A DNA stretch of 64,000 nt from an uncultured virus (IMG/VR IMGVR_UViG_3300021400_005359) (taxonomy: Duplodnaviria; Heunggongvirae; Uroviricota; Caudoviricetes), in IMG/VR virus record IMGVR_UViG_3300021400_005359; one strand, given 5' to 3'. The notes under the pieces were generated by a model. It searched no databases. It was not told the DNA's origin and saw only the letters and a program-made list of their open reading frames with translations. Numbering within the stretch: position 1 is the stretch's first letter; each line of letters begins with the position of its first letter. Made by a program: the position numbers and the translations under genes. Shown here one piece after another: positions 28,801 to 38,668 of this stretch.

Positions 28801-31800
28801 ATTTCCATCACTATCAAAGTCAGCGTTTGTAAGTCTTCTACCATATTTTGTTCCAGCATTAAGAACAAGATTTCCATTAACAGTTACATAAGAAATATCT
28901 TTTGATGTAGTCTTATCTTCTCCATCAACGAAAGATAAGTAATCAAATACATAGTTAACACCTTGAGAAGAATTGATTCCTGAAGCAGGAATACCATTTT
29001 CTTCATCTGGATTATCTGTTGCAACTATATAAATTTGTCCTTTATATAAGAATGCACCAGTAATTTCAGGTTTCTTAGTATCTCTTCCGTTAGCATCAAT
29101 AGCTGACTTAATTTCATCAATAATACTCTGAGAAGCATATCCAGCAATAAAGAATTCGTGCCAATCTGTAGTATTATATAAATCTTTTCTCGTTAATGTC
29201 CAAGGACCAGTAATCTTAGTACTTTCTAAACCAGCACCATCAACTGCTCTTACATTTACAACAACTTTTCCTGTATTCATATCTACAGGGAATACAAATT
29301 CATTTGAATTAAGAGGAATACTTATCTCATTAACGTTATCGCCTCTCTTATAAGTATAAGTATTTCCCATTCCATCTGTAAAACTAAAGTCTATATCAGT
29401 TACGAAAGGTTCTAAAATATCAACATAGTATTTACTAATACCTGTTACATCAGAAACAACAATATTTCCGTGTTCATCATAAGAAGATTCAGCAGCAACT
29501 TTACTTCCATTAGAATAAACATATCCATCAGTCCCTATAGTTCTACCTTCGAAAAGTTGAATCTTATATCCATTCCAAATTGAGTTATCTTCTGTCTGAT
29601 ATGTGTGAATGCTCTTACTATCAACTGTACTTGCTAATTGACTAAATGTTTTTGTATATTGTTTTTCAAGATTTAATAAATCTTGACTAGATAATCTCTT
29701 TACAAGTCTAGTAAATGAAACAGTGTCTGAAATATAATCTGTTTCTACTAAATTAAGATTTGTCTTAACATCATACATTTCGCAAAGAGAAACCATTCTA
29801 AATGTTTCATCTGCTCCAGCAGGGTTAGTTGTATTATTTCCAGTATTCTTTGTTTTCGCTTCAGAAAATCTTACTTCCCAAGTCTTTGTCTCTCCGTTTT
29901 CAGTAAATGTAAACTGTTTAACTTCAGGACAAGTCATTTGATAAGAAATAGCATTTCCGCCAGCAGGAGTATATGTATAAGTGATAGTTCCACTTAAATT
30001 TCCAGTAACAGTTCCGTGATTAGCATCTAAAGTGATATTTGAATCACTATCTGTAACTCTACCCTTTGTTGCAATTGTATATGTATTAAGAGGTCTCTTT
30101 GTTGTAATAGAAAGTTTCATATCAGGATTTCCAGAAGAAATTTCTTTATACATCTTTCCATTAACAATGTAAAGATTATCACTTGATATATATTTGTTTC
30201 CATCTACATTTATAACAGTGTCTATATATTCACTTCCGAGTACTTCACCTTTAGATGAAAGTATCTCAACAGTCTTAGGAGTATTATCATAATCAACAGA
30301 AGAATCAAGTCTACTGTAAAGAACTTTATATGTTTTTCCGTCTAAAGTATATTCTTTAACAATAACATCATTGTTATCTGTTATCTTATAATACTTTCCA
30401 TTTGAACTCTTATATGTTGCAATTCCATCACCATCAACAGTTGTTAAATCAACAGTCTTGGCATCTTTATCTGAAATCTTACTGTAGTAAACAGGAACAT
30501 TATCAAATGTATATTCCTTATAAACTCTCTCACCTTCACTGTTAAATATAGTTTCATAAGCTCCTGGGTCAGTAGCACTAATCTTAAGAGTATGATTTAT
30601 CATATAAACAGCATCGATAATAGGAGGAATAACATCGTTTTGTTCAATAGCTCCCATATACCAATCAGAACCTTCAGGTGTTGCAAAATTACTTGAATCC
30701 TTCCAAGAAGGACTATTTAAATCAAAAGCAATACCTTCACTTGATACAGCACCAGAAATTACATAAACAAGGTTTCCAAAGTTTGGAATATAGAATCTAA
30801 GTTCATCAATATCTTTAGCAACCTTACCTTTATAACCATTGTTGTTATCAAAAGGATTGTAAATATTTCCACAACTATCAAAGAAAGTAATCCAATAGTT
30901 GCTTGTATTTTCTGTAGGCTGAATATAATCAAGTCTCTTTGTTATAGTCTCAGGGTCAATAAATGTACCAAGCATAGCACTTATTGAAGAATCAGAGAAT
31001 GTAACATTTTCATATTTAGAAGCACTTATTGTAGAATTCTCAATGGCCTCAATATCTTTATTTATCCACTTGATATCATCTGCTGAACAAATTCCAACAT
31101 TTCTGTTTTCATCAGTTCTTGATGATGTCTCAGATAAAGTATAATCCTTTGCTATAACACTACCAGTTTCAGCATCAATTGTAGCTTTATAAGCTTTTCC
31201 TTGAGGTCTAGAATCAACAACATTAAGCTGTGCATCATAATATCCATAATTTCCAGAAGGAGTAACAACCCAACCAGTTTCTTCTCTAAACCAGTTGCCA
31301 AGAGAATCTTTAGTTCCCATAGTAACAACTTTTCCGTTGTAATCAGTGTATTTTCCTTCTGAAGTATATTCACTTATAGAACCTTCAGCTTTAAACTGAA
31401 CAGCTTTGTAATACTTATGAGTATGAGAAGGGTCACTTACTTTTTCTCCAGTAGGAGTGTAGTAATAATCAACAGTTTCTCCCATATCTGACCATTTCCA
31501 AGTCCAAGTACCTTCATATTCTGTTCCTTCACTATCATAATAAACTTCAACAGCATTTGAAGGAATTTCTCCTGTAGTTTGAGAAGGTTCTCCTACTTTG
31601 TTATAAGTAAAGTGTCCTTCTTCTGAAGTTGAGAAATCTTTACTATATCTAGTAACTCTTCCGTTTGGATGTTGAGAGTAGTAATATAAAACTTGTCCAT
31701 TCTGAGCTTCTTCAAAAGAAGTATCAAATGAAGAAATCTTTCCGTTCTCAGCAGATATAGAAATATAAAGCTGAGGACTCTCCCACTTTCCAGTAGAAGT

Positions 31801-34800
31801 ATTCCATTCTTGCCTATAAATAGTCATAGGATAATCATTAGCTACAATGTCTTTAGCCCCTGAACCAGTACTTCCGACAGAAGAACTAAATTTGAAAGCA
31901 TCCTTAGACATATATGCAAAGTATGTTAAGTTTCCTGCTTCATTCTTTTCCTGAGTAACAATTACATAAGGATAAGCATCTGTACCAACAATAATTTCAT
32001 CATATAGACTTGTTGGCTTTGTAGCTGAAATATCAGCAACAGATAATGCCTCAGAAACTATAAGTGACTGAGAGAATGAACTAGAAATAACCTCATTACC
32101 AAATTCATCATTTATATTGACATTAGAATAAATAATTGAGTTTATAGCATCTAATGCTTCAAAATACATTCCATCTTCTGATACATAGTTGTTTAAGTAG
32201 TTGTTCTCACTTGTCCAAGAATTTGAATAGAAAGTCTTTAATACTAAACCTCTAATATCTGAACCACTACGTACAGAATTATTAAATTTAATACCATTTT
32301 CAGTAATTGTAAGACCACCAACAATAGAAGGGTCATACTCTAAAGCTTGGAAGCTTCCATTTGATTTTTCATAAATAATGAAGTTGTATCCATTAGAAGC
32401 ACTATAGATAGGAATATATCTAAAGTAATCAACCTTAGACTTCCATTCTGTAGGCCAAGGCTCAACACCTTTCCAAGCTGAATTTCCATCATTAGTATAT
32501 CTTAAACGAGATTCAAAAGATGCTCTATCATAAGGAATGAAATCTGAATAAGAAGCAACATCTTCTGTAATCTTCTTCCAAGTATTCTGAACTAATGCAT
32601 ACCATTCTCCACTAGGAAGTTGAACATCGTCACCATCAACAGTTATAACTGAATCAGAAACAAAAGCATAAAAACCAATAGTATTCTTTAAGAATATGTA
32701 TTGTTTTTTATTTGAACCAACAACTTCTGTTAAACCAGGAATACCAAAAGTTCTAATCTTTGGAGTTCCATCTTCATAGAAACCACTCTTACTAAGAATA
32801 ACATCATTTTTATTTCCCTTTGAAACAAGGTCATAATTTATAAAATCTATAGAACTTAAGTTTGCTTGAGTTGGAAGCATAATAAGTCCATCAGATAATT
32901 TCTCTATATAGTTTTCATAGAGCCAATTCTCAGAAACATATCTGAAAATTTCAATATTTACTGAATCTGAACTAAATACTAACTGTCCAGAATTGTAAAC
33001 AGGCTTTTCGCTCGTGTAGAATAAAAGCTGATATTCACCATAGTTAACTAATGTAGCAAAAGGACTTACCATTCCGTTAACACTATCTGGAAGTTCAGGA
33101 TATCTTCCTTCTACTGGAAGTGTTGTAACTAAAGGTTCAACATTTAATGCTTCCCAGTTTTCCATTATATCAGATGAATAATCAGGAGTTAAATACATTT
33201 CAACAAGACTTTCAGTTCCATTATTCCTTAAGTTTCCTGATAAGCTTACATTAAATGTGTTCTGATAAATTGAACCATCCTTTGTAACACTACCAATAAC
33301 TGAGAAAGAATTGAAAGCATCAATGTTTTTAACTTTGCTTCTATAAAGAGTAATGTTATCAGCTTTAAGTTTAAGATTTGAATATTCACTACCATCATCA
33401 ATTGATACAAGTTCTAATCTTTCTGAACTTGAAGATGATTCAGCATAATAAATACTCTTTCCATTTTCAGAAACATAAACATTATCACCTGTTGAATTTA
33501 ATGAAAGTTTAAAATCAACTCCAACAGTTTTCTCTTCAATATAAGGACTTGTAACTTGTCCATATAATCTATAATTTGTAATTCCGTTCAAAATTTCAAT
33601 ATGTGTCATATCATCACTAGAAGAAGGATTAGAAAAGCTTGTCTTAGAACTGAAAGCTTTCAAGTTGATTTCCTTCAAGAAGTTCTGACCACTTAAAGAA
33701 TCACTATTATAAAATACATCGTTAACATAATAAGCACCATTATTTAAAGTGAAAGTTGACTGATAATTGTAATCCATATAATCAGTATAGAGCATAAGTC
33801 TATTTGAAGCATTATTATTAAAGTCTTTTAAATAAGAAAGTGCATTTACATAAGATGCATCATTTTTATCATTAGTAAATCTAATAAGTACATAAATATT
33901 CTTACCAACTTTTATATCGCTATTTGTACTGCAAGTAAATATAGCAGGAAGCTTAATTACAAAAGTTCTAAGTTTTGAAGAATCTCCTTCGTTAAAGTTA
34001 CTAGGAGCAAATACTCTAACACTTGAAATTTGCTTTGAATAGCTATCTGCAAGTACAAATGAAATCTTGTAACCATCTTCTGTTTCATAAGAAATTTCAT
34101 CAGAATTTTCACTTCTAGTAATAGAAGGATAAATCTGTCCATTTGCACCAAAGCTTGCAACTATAGCATTTTGAGTTGAGTTAGAATCATCTTGTGTACC
34201 ATAAAAAGCTACAGGAATTTCATCACCACTTTCAAGATATGTAAAACTTGAAGGAAGTTGGATTGCTTCACCATTTGTATAAGCTTCAACACCACTAGAA
34301 GCAATATTGAATTCATCATAAGTAAAATCAGCAAGGTTGTATTCACCAAAACTTGTATCAGTATTTAATAATGCAATAGCCTTGAAGAATCTACTAATTG
34401 AATAATCTGTATCGGTTACATAAGAACCATTAATATTGTACTGAGGAAGATATGTTACTTCAGAAGTATCAAACTTCTCATAGTTAATAAAGTTCTTATT
34501 TATAATCTTTTGACCTTCAACAACTGTTCCTGTTTCAGTTTCATAAGTTTTTCCATCTGGAGAAGTCTTTCCACCATAACCTATAATATATTCTCCATAG
34601 ATACTTGGAACATACGATGATAAACCAAAACCATCAATGTAACCAACGACTCCATAAGAACCACCAATAGCATCAACAGTATAGAAGTTTGAAGTCATAT
34701 CTAAAATCTGACCATATACCTTAGAAGTTCCAACATTTGAAATCTTACTATCCTCTTCAATAGTAGATGTTGTACGTTCTTGCCAAGCCATTGAACCTTG

Positions 34801-35145
34801 GTCATAAGAATACTTTTTAACAGTAACTAAAGAATTTGCAATATCAGAAGCACTAGCTCTAACACCAAGTCCTTTCTGGTCCGATAAGAAGTATAAAGGA
34901 TGGCTTGACTGATATAAGTAATAACTTACATTAGATAAAGAACCTTCAATCTCTGCAGTTAACAAAGAATATGGACGTTCCGAATCAGTAGCTATATACT
35001 TAAGCTCTAAGTCTGATAGAATATCAGCTTTAGGAGCCTTATCTGGCCAAACAATGCCTGTAATAAGGATAGCAATTACCAAAACTATTGAAATAATTGC
35101 TTTGTTGTATTTAGTTAAAAAATTGCTAAAAGATGAATTCTTCAA
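25840..35145 (-). CDS. Giant (3101-aa) cell-surface protein with C-terminal SLH domains and repeated Ig-like modules
   Basis: N-terminal signal/TM. Repeats DVIPPIIDAVY, DTKKPEITGAF, DKIAPLIKAVY, NNAPVIQNVY and DTIAPVITKVW, each followed by L.[IV].A.D-like strands. SLH motifs FTDIIGSDA...GIIG...YKP...TTKEFLTML and LTRAEISYLL. Confidence 0.85.
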   Translation of the reverse strand: MKNSSFSNFLTKYNKAIISIVLVIAILITGIVWPDKAPKADILSDLELKYIATDSERPYSLLTAEIEGSLSNVSYYLYQSSHPLYFLSDQKGLGVRASASDIANSLVTVKKYSYDQGSMAWQERTTSTIEEDSKISNVGTSKVYGQILDMTSNFYTVDAIGGSYGVVGYIDGFGLSSYVPSIYGEYIIGYGGKTSPDGKTYETETGTVVEGQKIINKNFINYEKFDTSEVTYLPQYNINGSYVTDTDYSISRFFKAIALLNTDTSFGEYNLADFTYDEFNIASSGVEAYTNGEAIQLPSSFTYLESGDEIPVAFYGTQDDSNSTQNAIVASFGANGQIYPSITRSENSDEISYETEDGYKISFVLADSYSKQISSVRVFAPSNFNEGDSSKLRTFVIKLPAIFTCSTNSDIKVGKNIYVLIRFTNDKNDASYVNALSYLKDFNNNASNRLMLYTDYMDYNYQSTFTLNNGAYYVNDVFYNSDSLSGQNFLKEINLKAFSSKTSFSNPSSSDDMTHIEILNGITNYRLYGQVTSPYIEEKTVGVDFKLSLNSTGDNVYVSENGKSIYYAESSSSSERLELVSIDDGSEYSNLKLKADNITLYRSKVKNIDAFNSFSVIGSVTKDGSIYQNTFNVSLSGNLRNNGTESLVEMYLTPDYSSDIMENWEALNVEPLVTTLPVEGRYPELPDSVNGMVSPFATLVNYGEYQLLFYTSEKPVYNSGQLVFSSDSVNIEIFRYVSENWLYENYIEKLSDGLIMLPTQANLSSIDFINYDLVSKGNKNDVILSKSGFYEDGTPKIRTFGIPGLTEVVGSNKKQYIFLKNTIGFYAFVSDSVITVDGDDVQLPSGEWYALVQNTWKKITEDVASYSDFIPYDRASFESRLRYTNDGNSAWKGVEPWPTEWKSKVDYFRYIPIYSASNGYNFIIYEKSNGSFQALEYDPSIVGGLTITENGIKFNNSVRSGSDIRGLVLKTFYSNSWTSENNYLNNYVSEDGMYFEALDAINSIIYSNVNINDEFGNEVISSSFSQSLIVSEALSVADISATKPTSLYDEIIVGTDAYPYVIVTQEKNEAGNLTYFAYMSKDAFKFSSSVGSTGSGAKDIVANDYPMTIYRQEWNTSTGKWESPQLYISISAENGKISSFDTSFEEAQNGQVLYYYSQHPNGRVTRYSKDFSTSEEGHFTYNKVGEPSQTTGEIPSNAVEVYYDSEGTEYEGTWTWKWSDMGETVDYYYTPTGEKVSDPSHTHKYYKAVQFKAEGSISEYTSEGKYTDYNGKVVTMGTKDSLGNWFREETGWVVTPSGNYGYYDAQLNVVDSRPQGKAYKATIDAETGSVIAKDYTLSETSSRTDENRNVGICSADDIKWINKDIEAIENSTISASKYENVTFSDSSISAMLGTFIDPETITKRLDYIQPTENTSNYWITFFDSCGNIYNPFDNNNGYKGKVAKDIDELRFYIPNFGNLVYVISGAVSSEGIAFDLNSPSWKDSSNFATPEGSDWYMGAIEQNDVIPPIIDAVYMINHTLKISATDPGAYETIFNSEGERVYKEYTFDNVPVYYSKISDKDAKTVDLTTVDGDGIATYKSSNGKYYKITDNNDVIVKEYTLDGKTYKVLYSRLDSSVDYDNTPKTVEILSSKGEVLGSEYIDTVINVDGNKYISSDNLYIVNGKMYKEISSGNPDMKLSITTKRPLNTYTIATKGRVTDSDSNITLDANHGTVTGNLSGTITYTYTPAGGNAISYQMTCPEVKQFTFTENGETKTWEVRFSEAKTKNTGNNTTNPAGADETFRMVSLCEMYDVKTNLNLVETDYISDTVSFTRLVKRLSSQDLLNLEKQYTKTFSQLASTVDSKSIHTYQTEDNSIWNGYKIQLFEGRTIGTDGYVYSNGSKVAAESSYDEHGNIVVSDVTGISKYYVDILEPFVTDIDFSFTDGMGNTYTYKRGDNVNEISIPLNSNEFVFPVDMNTGKVVVNVRAVDGAGLESTKITGPWTLTRKDLYNTTDWHEFFIAGYASQSIIDEIKSAIDANGRDTKKPEITGAFLYKGQIYIVATDNPDEENGIPASGINSSQGVNYVFDYLSFVDGEDKTTSKDISYVTVNGNLVLNAGTKYGRRLTNADFDSDGNLLPESQKYEGTVTNTSFGQVGGFMEAVKNEDGTIAEAKVELSVYDIARNQSDIVTVDVSEDKDNSVLFGTVSQTIYEMLLEARDSSGQTDKIAPLIKAVYAMDGVLYIEATDNLAVTGYGYQWLNDTESSGVTTGTDDSGKTISFAENEVIPKGTIIWHGAAQQAIKVPTRLTVYAVDAAGNTSSQTVIISSETQLVYGTPENPEAQNRFSGSEDPEIKNNAPVIQNVYTYKGHLYVEGIDPDGNLRTFAYGFTPLDNMSITSDYEGYNSIGKWLSIPAGQTIKANQQIYKRVGIQEINIPMNITVSLIDTLDAETEETFYIFKDNYVYKGEAPGDISEEVENPSGTPSGTPSGTPSGTPSGTPSGTPSDTPTPVNPDQPIPVPSDIPEDIDWKEYDYLFEILDYNTGRVVYKIRLDEASSIDCPRLEDSVLYKYRISAVKEASEEVYLVLYNGLVRMKDTIAPVITKVWFSKNRLYVSAYDLGGFDETPYSFSIEGSRNSGDNYIANNNTVILSKETVLVKVRDAAGNVTRLRVSTGSNLSSNKVLYESLNPKDHLYISSTDTKTLAYWYAYIASTYGLDASNLYLSEKNKSDSVSFYTKNNKVYMNLTGDGFISFYDTQTNKYLGLNVRALNTGKSHRSIVVQTGSDLDVSLAFKYKLTEQFGDISGLTWYADGDILTRTGSMVSANRPGIGTIRFVKDGKELNVYVLVVDSIKDTKSQIDLSKENFAYTYKLKDTINLTTALKGTEADVSMCVVDNVSDGVVTDKKGTISFTSSGRKEIDVINCVDDSLGNIKFEVIALTPYISKFTDIIGSDARSNIETLCEKGIIGNYLDNKYKPVNKMTTKEFLTMLNRIRLIYDSDFEINKIVTTLNLSEKDYDYYSSQNILINMSQEEVDDTISTYTLNKAVTFKEVVKLISATILYDQYHNESGLSAPTGLSDCAQEAIHLMSMGIIDSDDDRNGTRELTRAEISYLLIKTIKYLEL
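27688..27771 (-). repeat. 12-bp period coding repeat: (PSGT)x6-PSDT linker
   Basis: Seven 12-nt units with synonymous variation inside the surface-protein gene. Confidence 0.85.
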
Positions 35146-35301
35146 AATTAAAAAACTCCTTTCAAAAATCTAAACAATATAATTATATATTATAAACCTA
35201 TAAAAATTATATTTAATTAAAATCTAAAAATAAAGATAAAAAGGTTTAGAGGACTCAATTTAAAGCCCTAACAAACTATAATGTATAGATAAACTCTAGA
35301 A

Positions 35302-35331
35302 TAAAAAAAGAAGGCTTAAAGCCTTCTTTTT
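35302..35331 (-). terminator. Intrinsic terminator after ftsH and the small ORF
   Basis: AAAAAAAGAAGGCT-TAA-AGCCTTCTTTTT. Confidence 0.85.
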
Positions 35332-35332
35332 A

Positions 35333-35437
35333 TTAAACAATATAGCTTAAAATCATTGGTAAAATCATAGCAACAGCAAGAAGGAAACAAATAACTCTTG
35401 TTATTGCTGTTTTATGCTTCCTGAAAAACTTCATCAT
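35333..35437 (-). CDS. Unannotated 34-aa single-TM peptide overlapping the ftsH 3' end
   Basis: MMKFFRKHKTAITRVICFLLAVAMILPMILSYIV*. AAGGAG SD 7 nt upstream inside ftsH; stop directly before the terminator. Confidence 0.7.
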   Translation of the reverse strand: MMKFFRKHKTAITRVICFLLAVAMILPMILSYIV

Positions 35438-37331
35438 TATCAATCTCCTTGTCAATATTATTTATAATATTATCTATTTCTTCTGAATTTAAAGTTTCTT
35501 TTTCCAAAAGAGCATTTGCAAGTCTTTCTAATGTGTCTTTGTTTTCTTTAAGAAGAGAAACTGTATCTTTATATAATCTCATAGATAATTCAGAAGCAGC
35601 CTTTCTAGCTTCTTCAGTAATTCCAGTAACACTATCCTTATTAAATTCTTCTAAATTAATCATTCCAATACTTTCATCCATTCCAAAATAAAGAAGATAA
35701 TGTTTAATAAGTTTTGTAGCTTGAATAATATCAGAAGATGCTCCCGTAGTTATTTTACTTCTATCACCATTATTTAAAATTTCCTCAGCAGCTCTTCCAC
35801 CATACATAATCTTAATACTTTCTTCAAGATAAGACTTGCTTTGAAGCCCTGATTCTGGAGGATTTCTAAAAGTAACACCACCAGCACCTGAAGTAGATGC
35901 TAAAATTGTAACTTTAGAAACTTCATCATCAGTTAAAAGCTTTGTAACAAGAGTATGTCCAGCTTCGTGCCAAGCAACAAGTTTAAGTTCTTCTTTATCT
36001 CTAGAAGACTGATTTTCTTTCTTATGTCCTTTCATAACCATTTTAAAGAAAGCAGAATCAATATCTTCTCGATTAATAATACTTCTTTCTTTTGTAGCTG
36101 CTTCTAAAGCGGCATCATTTATAAGTGCTTCAATATCTGCACCACTAAATCCAGTTGTTGTATTAACTAAATCTTCTAAATTCACATCATCTGAGAATTT
36201 TTTATCAGCAGCATAAAGCTTAATAATTTTTCTTCTATCATCTTTGTCAGGAAGAGGGACAATAATGTGTTTATCAAAACGACCAGGTCTAATTAAAGCA
36301 CTATCAAGGTCTTCAACTCTATTAGTTGCACAAATAGTAATAACTCCAGAGTTCTTTTCAAAACCATCAAGTTCTGTAAGTAAAGCGTTAATTGTTTGGT
36401 CTTTCTCAGAATGAGAATTAACACCTCTTTGACCACCAACAGCATCTATTTCATCTATAAATACAATACAAGGGGCATTTTTCTTTGCTTCTTGGAACAA
36501 ACTTCTTACACGTTTTGCACCAAGACCTACATACATTTCAACGAAATCTGAACCAGATGCACTATAGAAAGGAACTTTTGCAGTTCCAGCAATAGCTCTA
36601 GCAAAAAGAGTTTTACCAGTTCCAGGAGGTCCATAAAGGATAATTCCTTTCGGCATTCTAGCTCCAGCATCTTTCATCTTATCAGGATTCTTTAAAAATT
36701 CAACAATAAATTCTAATTCTTTTTTTGTTTCATCGTGACCTGCAACATCATCAAATGTAATGTCAGGAACTTTCTTAACAAGCTTATTAGAATCCATACC
36801 AGGCATCATAATTTTAAACATATAGAAAAGTAAAACAAAAGTAAATAAAAGTCTAAATATTTCATATACACCAACCTTATTTAAATCTTCTGTTTCTTCT
36901 ATAACATTTATATTGTTTAAAAGTAAAAATTCTTTAAAATTTTCGGTTTTTGGATTACTACAAATATAAGCTTTTTTAACATTGATATCTCCTGTGCTAT
37001 TTTCGACTTTAATAGTTTCACTAGGAGTATCTTCTGTTAAGTCAGTATTTTCTTTAGTAGTTGTATTTTCAACAATAGAATCATCTTTGAGTGAGAAAAG
37101 AAACGTAGTTTCATTTAGATTTATTTTTACATCTTCAACTTTGCCTTCTTCAACAAATTGTAAGAATTCGTTATAGGAATATTCAGAATCTTCTGTATTA
37201 GAAAATTTAATACTAGCTTCAGTAGCAAGAATATTTATACCAATCCCCAAAATAAAAATTAAAATCCAAAGAAATACATTTCCCTTATGTTCTTTAAAAT
37301 ATTTCTTTAATTTTTCTAAAAAATCTTTCAT
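35412..37331 (-). CDS. ftsH: ATP-dependent zinc metalloprotease FtsH
   Basis: Two N-terminal TMs, Walker A GPPGTGKT, Walker B IVFIDEID, SRH ATNR..DLDSALIRPGRFD, zinc motif HEAGH, GGRAAEE, TGASSDI. Confidence 0.96.
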   Translation of the reverse strand: MKDFLEKLKKYFKEHKGNVFLWILIFILGIGINILATEASIKFSNTEDSEYSYNEFLQFVEEGKVEDVKINLNETTFLFSLKDDSIVENTTTKENTDLTEDTPSETIKVENSTGDINVKKAYICSNPKTENFKEFLLLNNINVIEETEDLNKVGVYEIFRLLFTFVLLFYMFKIMMPGMDSNKLVKKVPDITFDDVAGHDETKKELEFIVEFLKNPDKMKDAGARMPKGIILYGPPGTGKTLFARAIAGTAKVPFYSASGSDFVEMYVGLGAKRVRSLFQEAKKNAPCIVFIDEIDAVGGQRGVNSHSEKDQTINALLTELDGFEKNSGVITICATNRVEDLDSALIRPGRFDKHIIVPLPDKDDRRKIIKLYAADKKFSDDVNLEDLVNTTTGFSGADIEALINDAALEAATKERSIINREDIDSAFFKMVMKGHKKENQSSRDKEELKLVAWHEAGHTLVTKLLTDDEVSKVTILASTSGAGGVTFRNPPESGLQSKSYLEESIKIMYGGRAAEEILNNGDRSKITTGASSDIIQATKLIKHYLLYFGMDESIGMINLEEFNKDSVTGITEEARKAASELSMRLYKDTVSLLKENKDTLERLANALLEKETLNSEEIDNIINNIDKEIDNDEVFQEA

Positions 37332-37485
37332 AAAATCTCCTTTATAAGCAATCTTTATTATTATATAGCAATTTTTTAAAAAATGCTATATCAAAATATG
37401 TATAGTTATAAGTTTTTTAGTTTTAATAATTATAAAGAATAAAAAAACATAGAATTTATAAAAATAAAAATTAGGAGGAAATACT

Positions 37486-37884
37486 TTGAATAAAGAATTT
37501 TCTTTATATCCTACAAAATGTAATTTGTGTGGTGGAAAAGTAGAATATACTACTAATGATAAAATTTATGGAAAAAAATATGGAAGCGGATATTGTTATC
37601 TTTGTACGAATTGCGGAGCTTATGTAGGAACACATAAGCCAAGACCAAAAGAAGCTTTTGGAATTTTAGCAAACAGTTCTATGAGAACAAAAAAGATGAA
37701 ATGTCACGATATCTTTGATTCTATATGGAAAAGTAACAAACACCCAGTTGTTAAAAGAAGAAAAATGTATGCTTGGCTTGCAAAAGAATTGAAAATCCCA
37801 ACAAGTGAATGTCATTTTGGATATTTTGATGAAAAAACTTTAGATAAAGCATATGAAATCTTAGTAAAAGTAAAAAACAAGTAA
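37486..37884 (+). CDS. DUF3268-like zinc-finger protein
   Basis: CNLCGG...YLCTNCGAYVGTH...GILAN...CH..FD.IW...Y.WLA..L.I...CHFG.FD. Confidence 0.8.
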   Translation: MNKEFSLYPTKCNLCGGKVEYTTNDKIYGKKYGSGYCYLCTNCGAYVGTHKPRPKEAFGILANSSMRTKKMKCHDIFDSIWKSNKHPVVKRRKMYAWLAKELKIPTSECHFGYFDEKTLDKAYEILVKVKNK

Positions 37885-37919
37885 AAAAACAGAGCTAGCA
37901 AATGCTGGCTCTATTTTTT
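37884..37919. terminator. Intrinsic terminator between convergent genes
   Basis: AGAGCTAGCA-AA-TGCTGGCTCT flanked by A and T tracts. Confidence 0.75.
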
Positions 37920-37939
37920 ATGAAAAAGAACATACGTTC

Positions 37940-38221
37940 TCATTCTACTTGTTTTATAATGTACTGAATCCTTCCAATATAAGGGACACATCCTTCTTTT
38001 TCATATCTCCAATCAAGTGAACAAAGAAGTATTTCTACTTTTACCCCATTTTCATATCTATCACCTTGACTTAAAACTCTTTGAACTTTTCCAGTTATAA
38101 GGTCTTTAGGGTCTCTACTTCCTTGTTTTTGTTTAGGAATTATCATAACGATATCTCCTTGATGGATTTTAGAAGGAATTTTGCTTTCTTCTGGACGATT
38201 AGCAAAATAATTTAATGGCAT
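37940..38221 (-). CDS. YwbE/DUF2196-like small protein; start revised to ATG 38221
   Basis: IHQGDIVMIIPKQKQ....LITGKVQRVLS....ENGVKV...IGRIQYI; AGGAGG SD before ATG 38221. Confidence 0.65.
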   Translation of the reverse strand: MPLNYFANRPEESKIPSKIHQGDIVMIIPKQKQGSRDPKDLITGKVQRVLSQGDRYENGVKVEILLCSLDWRYEKEGCVPYIGRIQYIIKQVE

Positions 38222-38296
38222 AAAAAACCTCCTAAAAAACAAAATAGTTGGGATTTTATTTCCCAACTATTTTTTATAATTCAAAAAGAAATTAGA

Positions 38297-38668
38297 TTAC
38301 TCTTCCTTCTTATCTTCTTCAGCAGCAGCATCGCTAGAAGCTGGGAAAGCAGCCTTAAGAGCAATATATCCAGCAAGAGCTACGATAATCTCAAGAATAA
38401 GGCAGAAAGGATTAACTCCTCCCATAAGAGAAAGAACAACCTCAAGAGCAATGATAATGAGGAAGATAAGCATCTTCTTCTTGTCATCAGCTTCCTTAAC
38501 AACAGCAGTAAGCTTGCTAGAACCCTGATTAATTCCGTCCTTAGCCTTACCTACAAGAGCGTTAACATCAACAGACTTCTTGTCCTTCTTTTTACCTTTC
38601 TTTTCTTCTTTTGCTTCCTCTACAGGAGCCTCAGTAGTCTCTTCAACCTTCTTTTCTTCTTCAGCCAT
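38297..38668 (-). CDS. Small two-TM membrane protein with charged termini
   Basis: 123-aa ORF with GGAGG SD, two hydrophobic helices and a terminator at 38241-38276. Confidence 0.75.
   Translation of the reverse strand: MAEEEKKVEETTEAPVEEAKEEKKGKKKDKKSVDVNALVGKAKDGINQGSSKLTAVVKEADDKKKMLIFLIIIALEVVLSLMGGVNPFCLILEIIVALAGYIALKAAFPASSDAAAEEDKKEE

Noticed and set aside
37928..37939. GAAC-ATAC-GTTC, a perfect Firmicutes LexA (Cheo) box
   Set aside because: Lies between convergent gene ends, next to a stop codon rather than in a promoter; probably chance.
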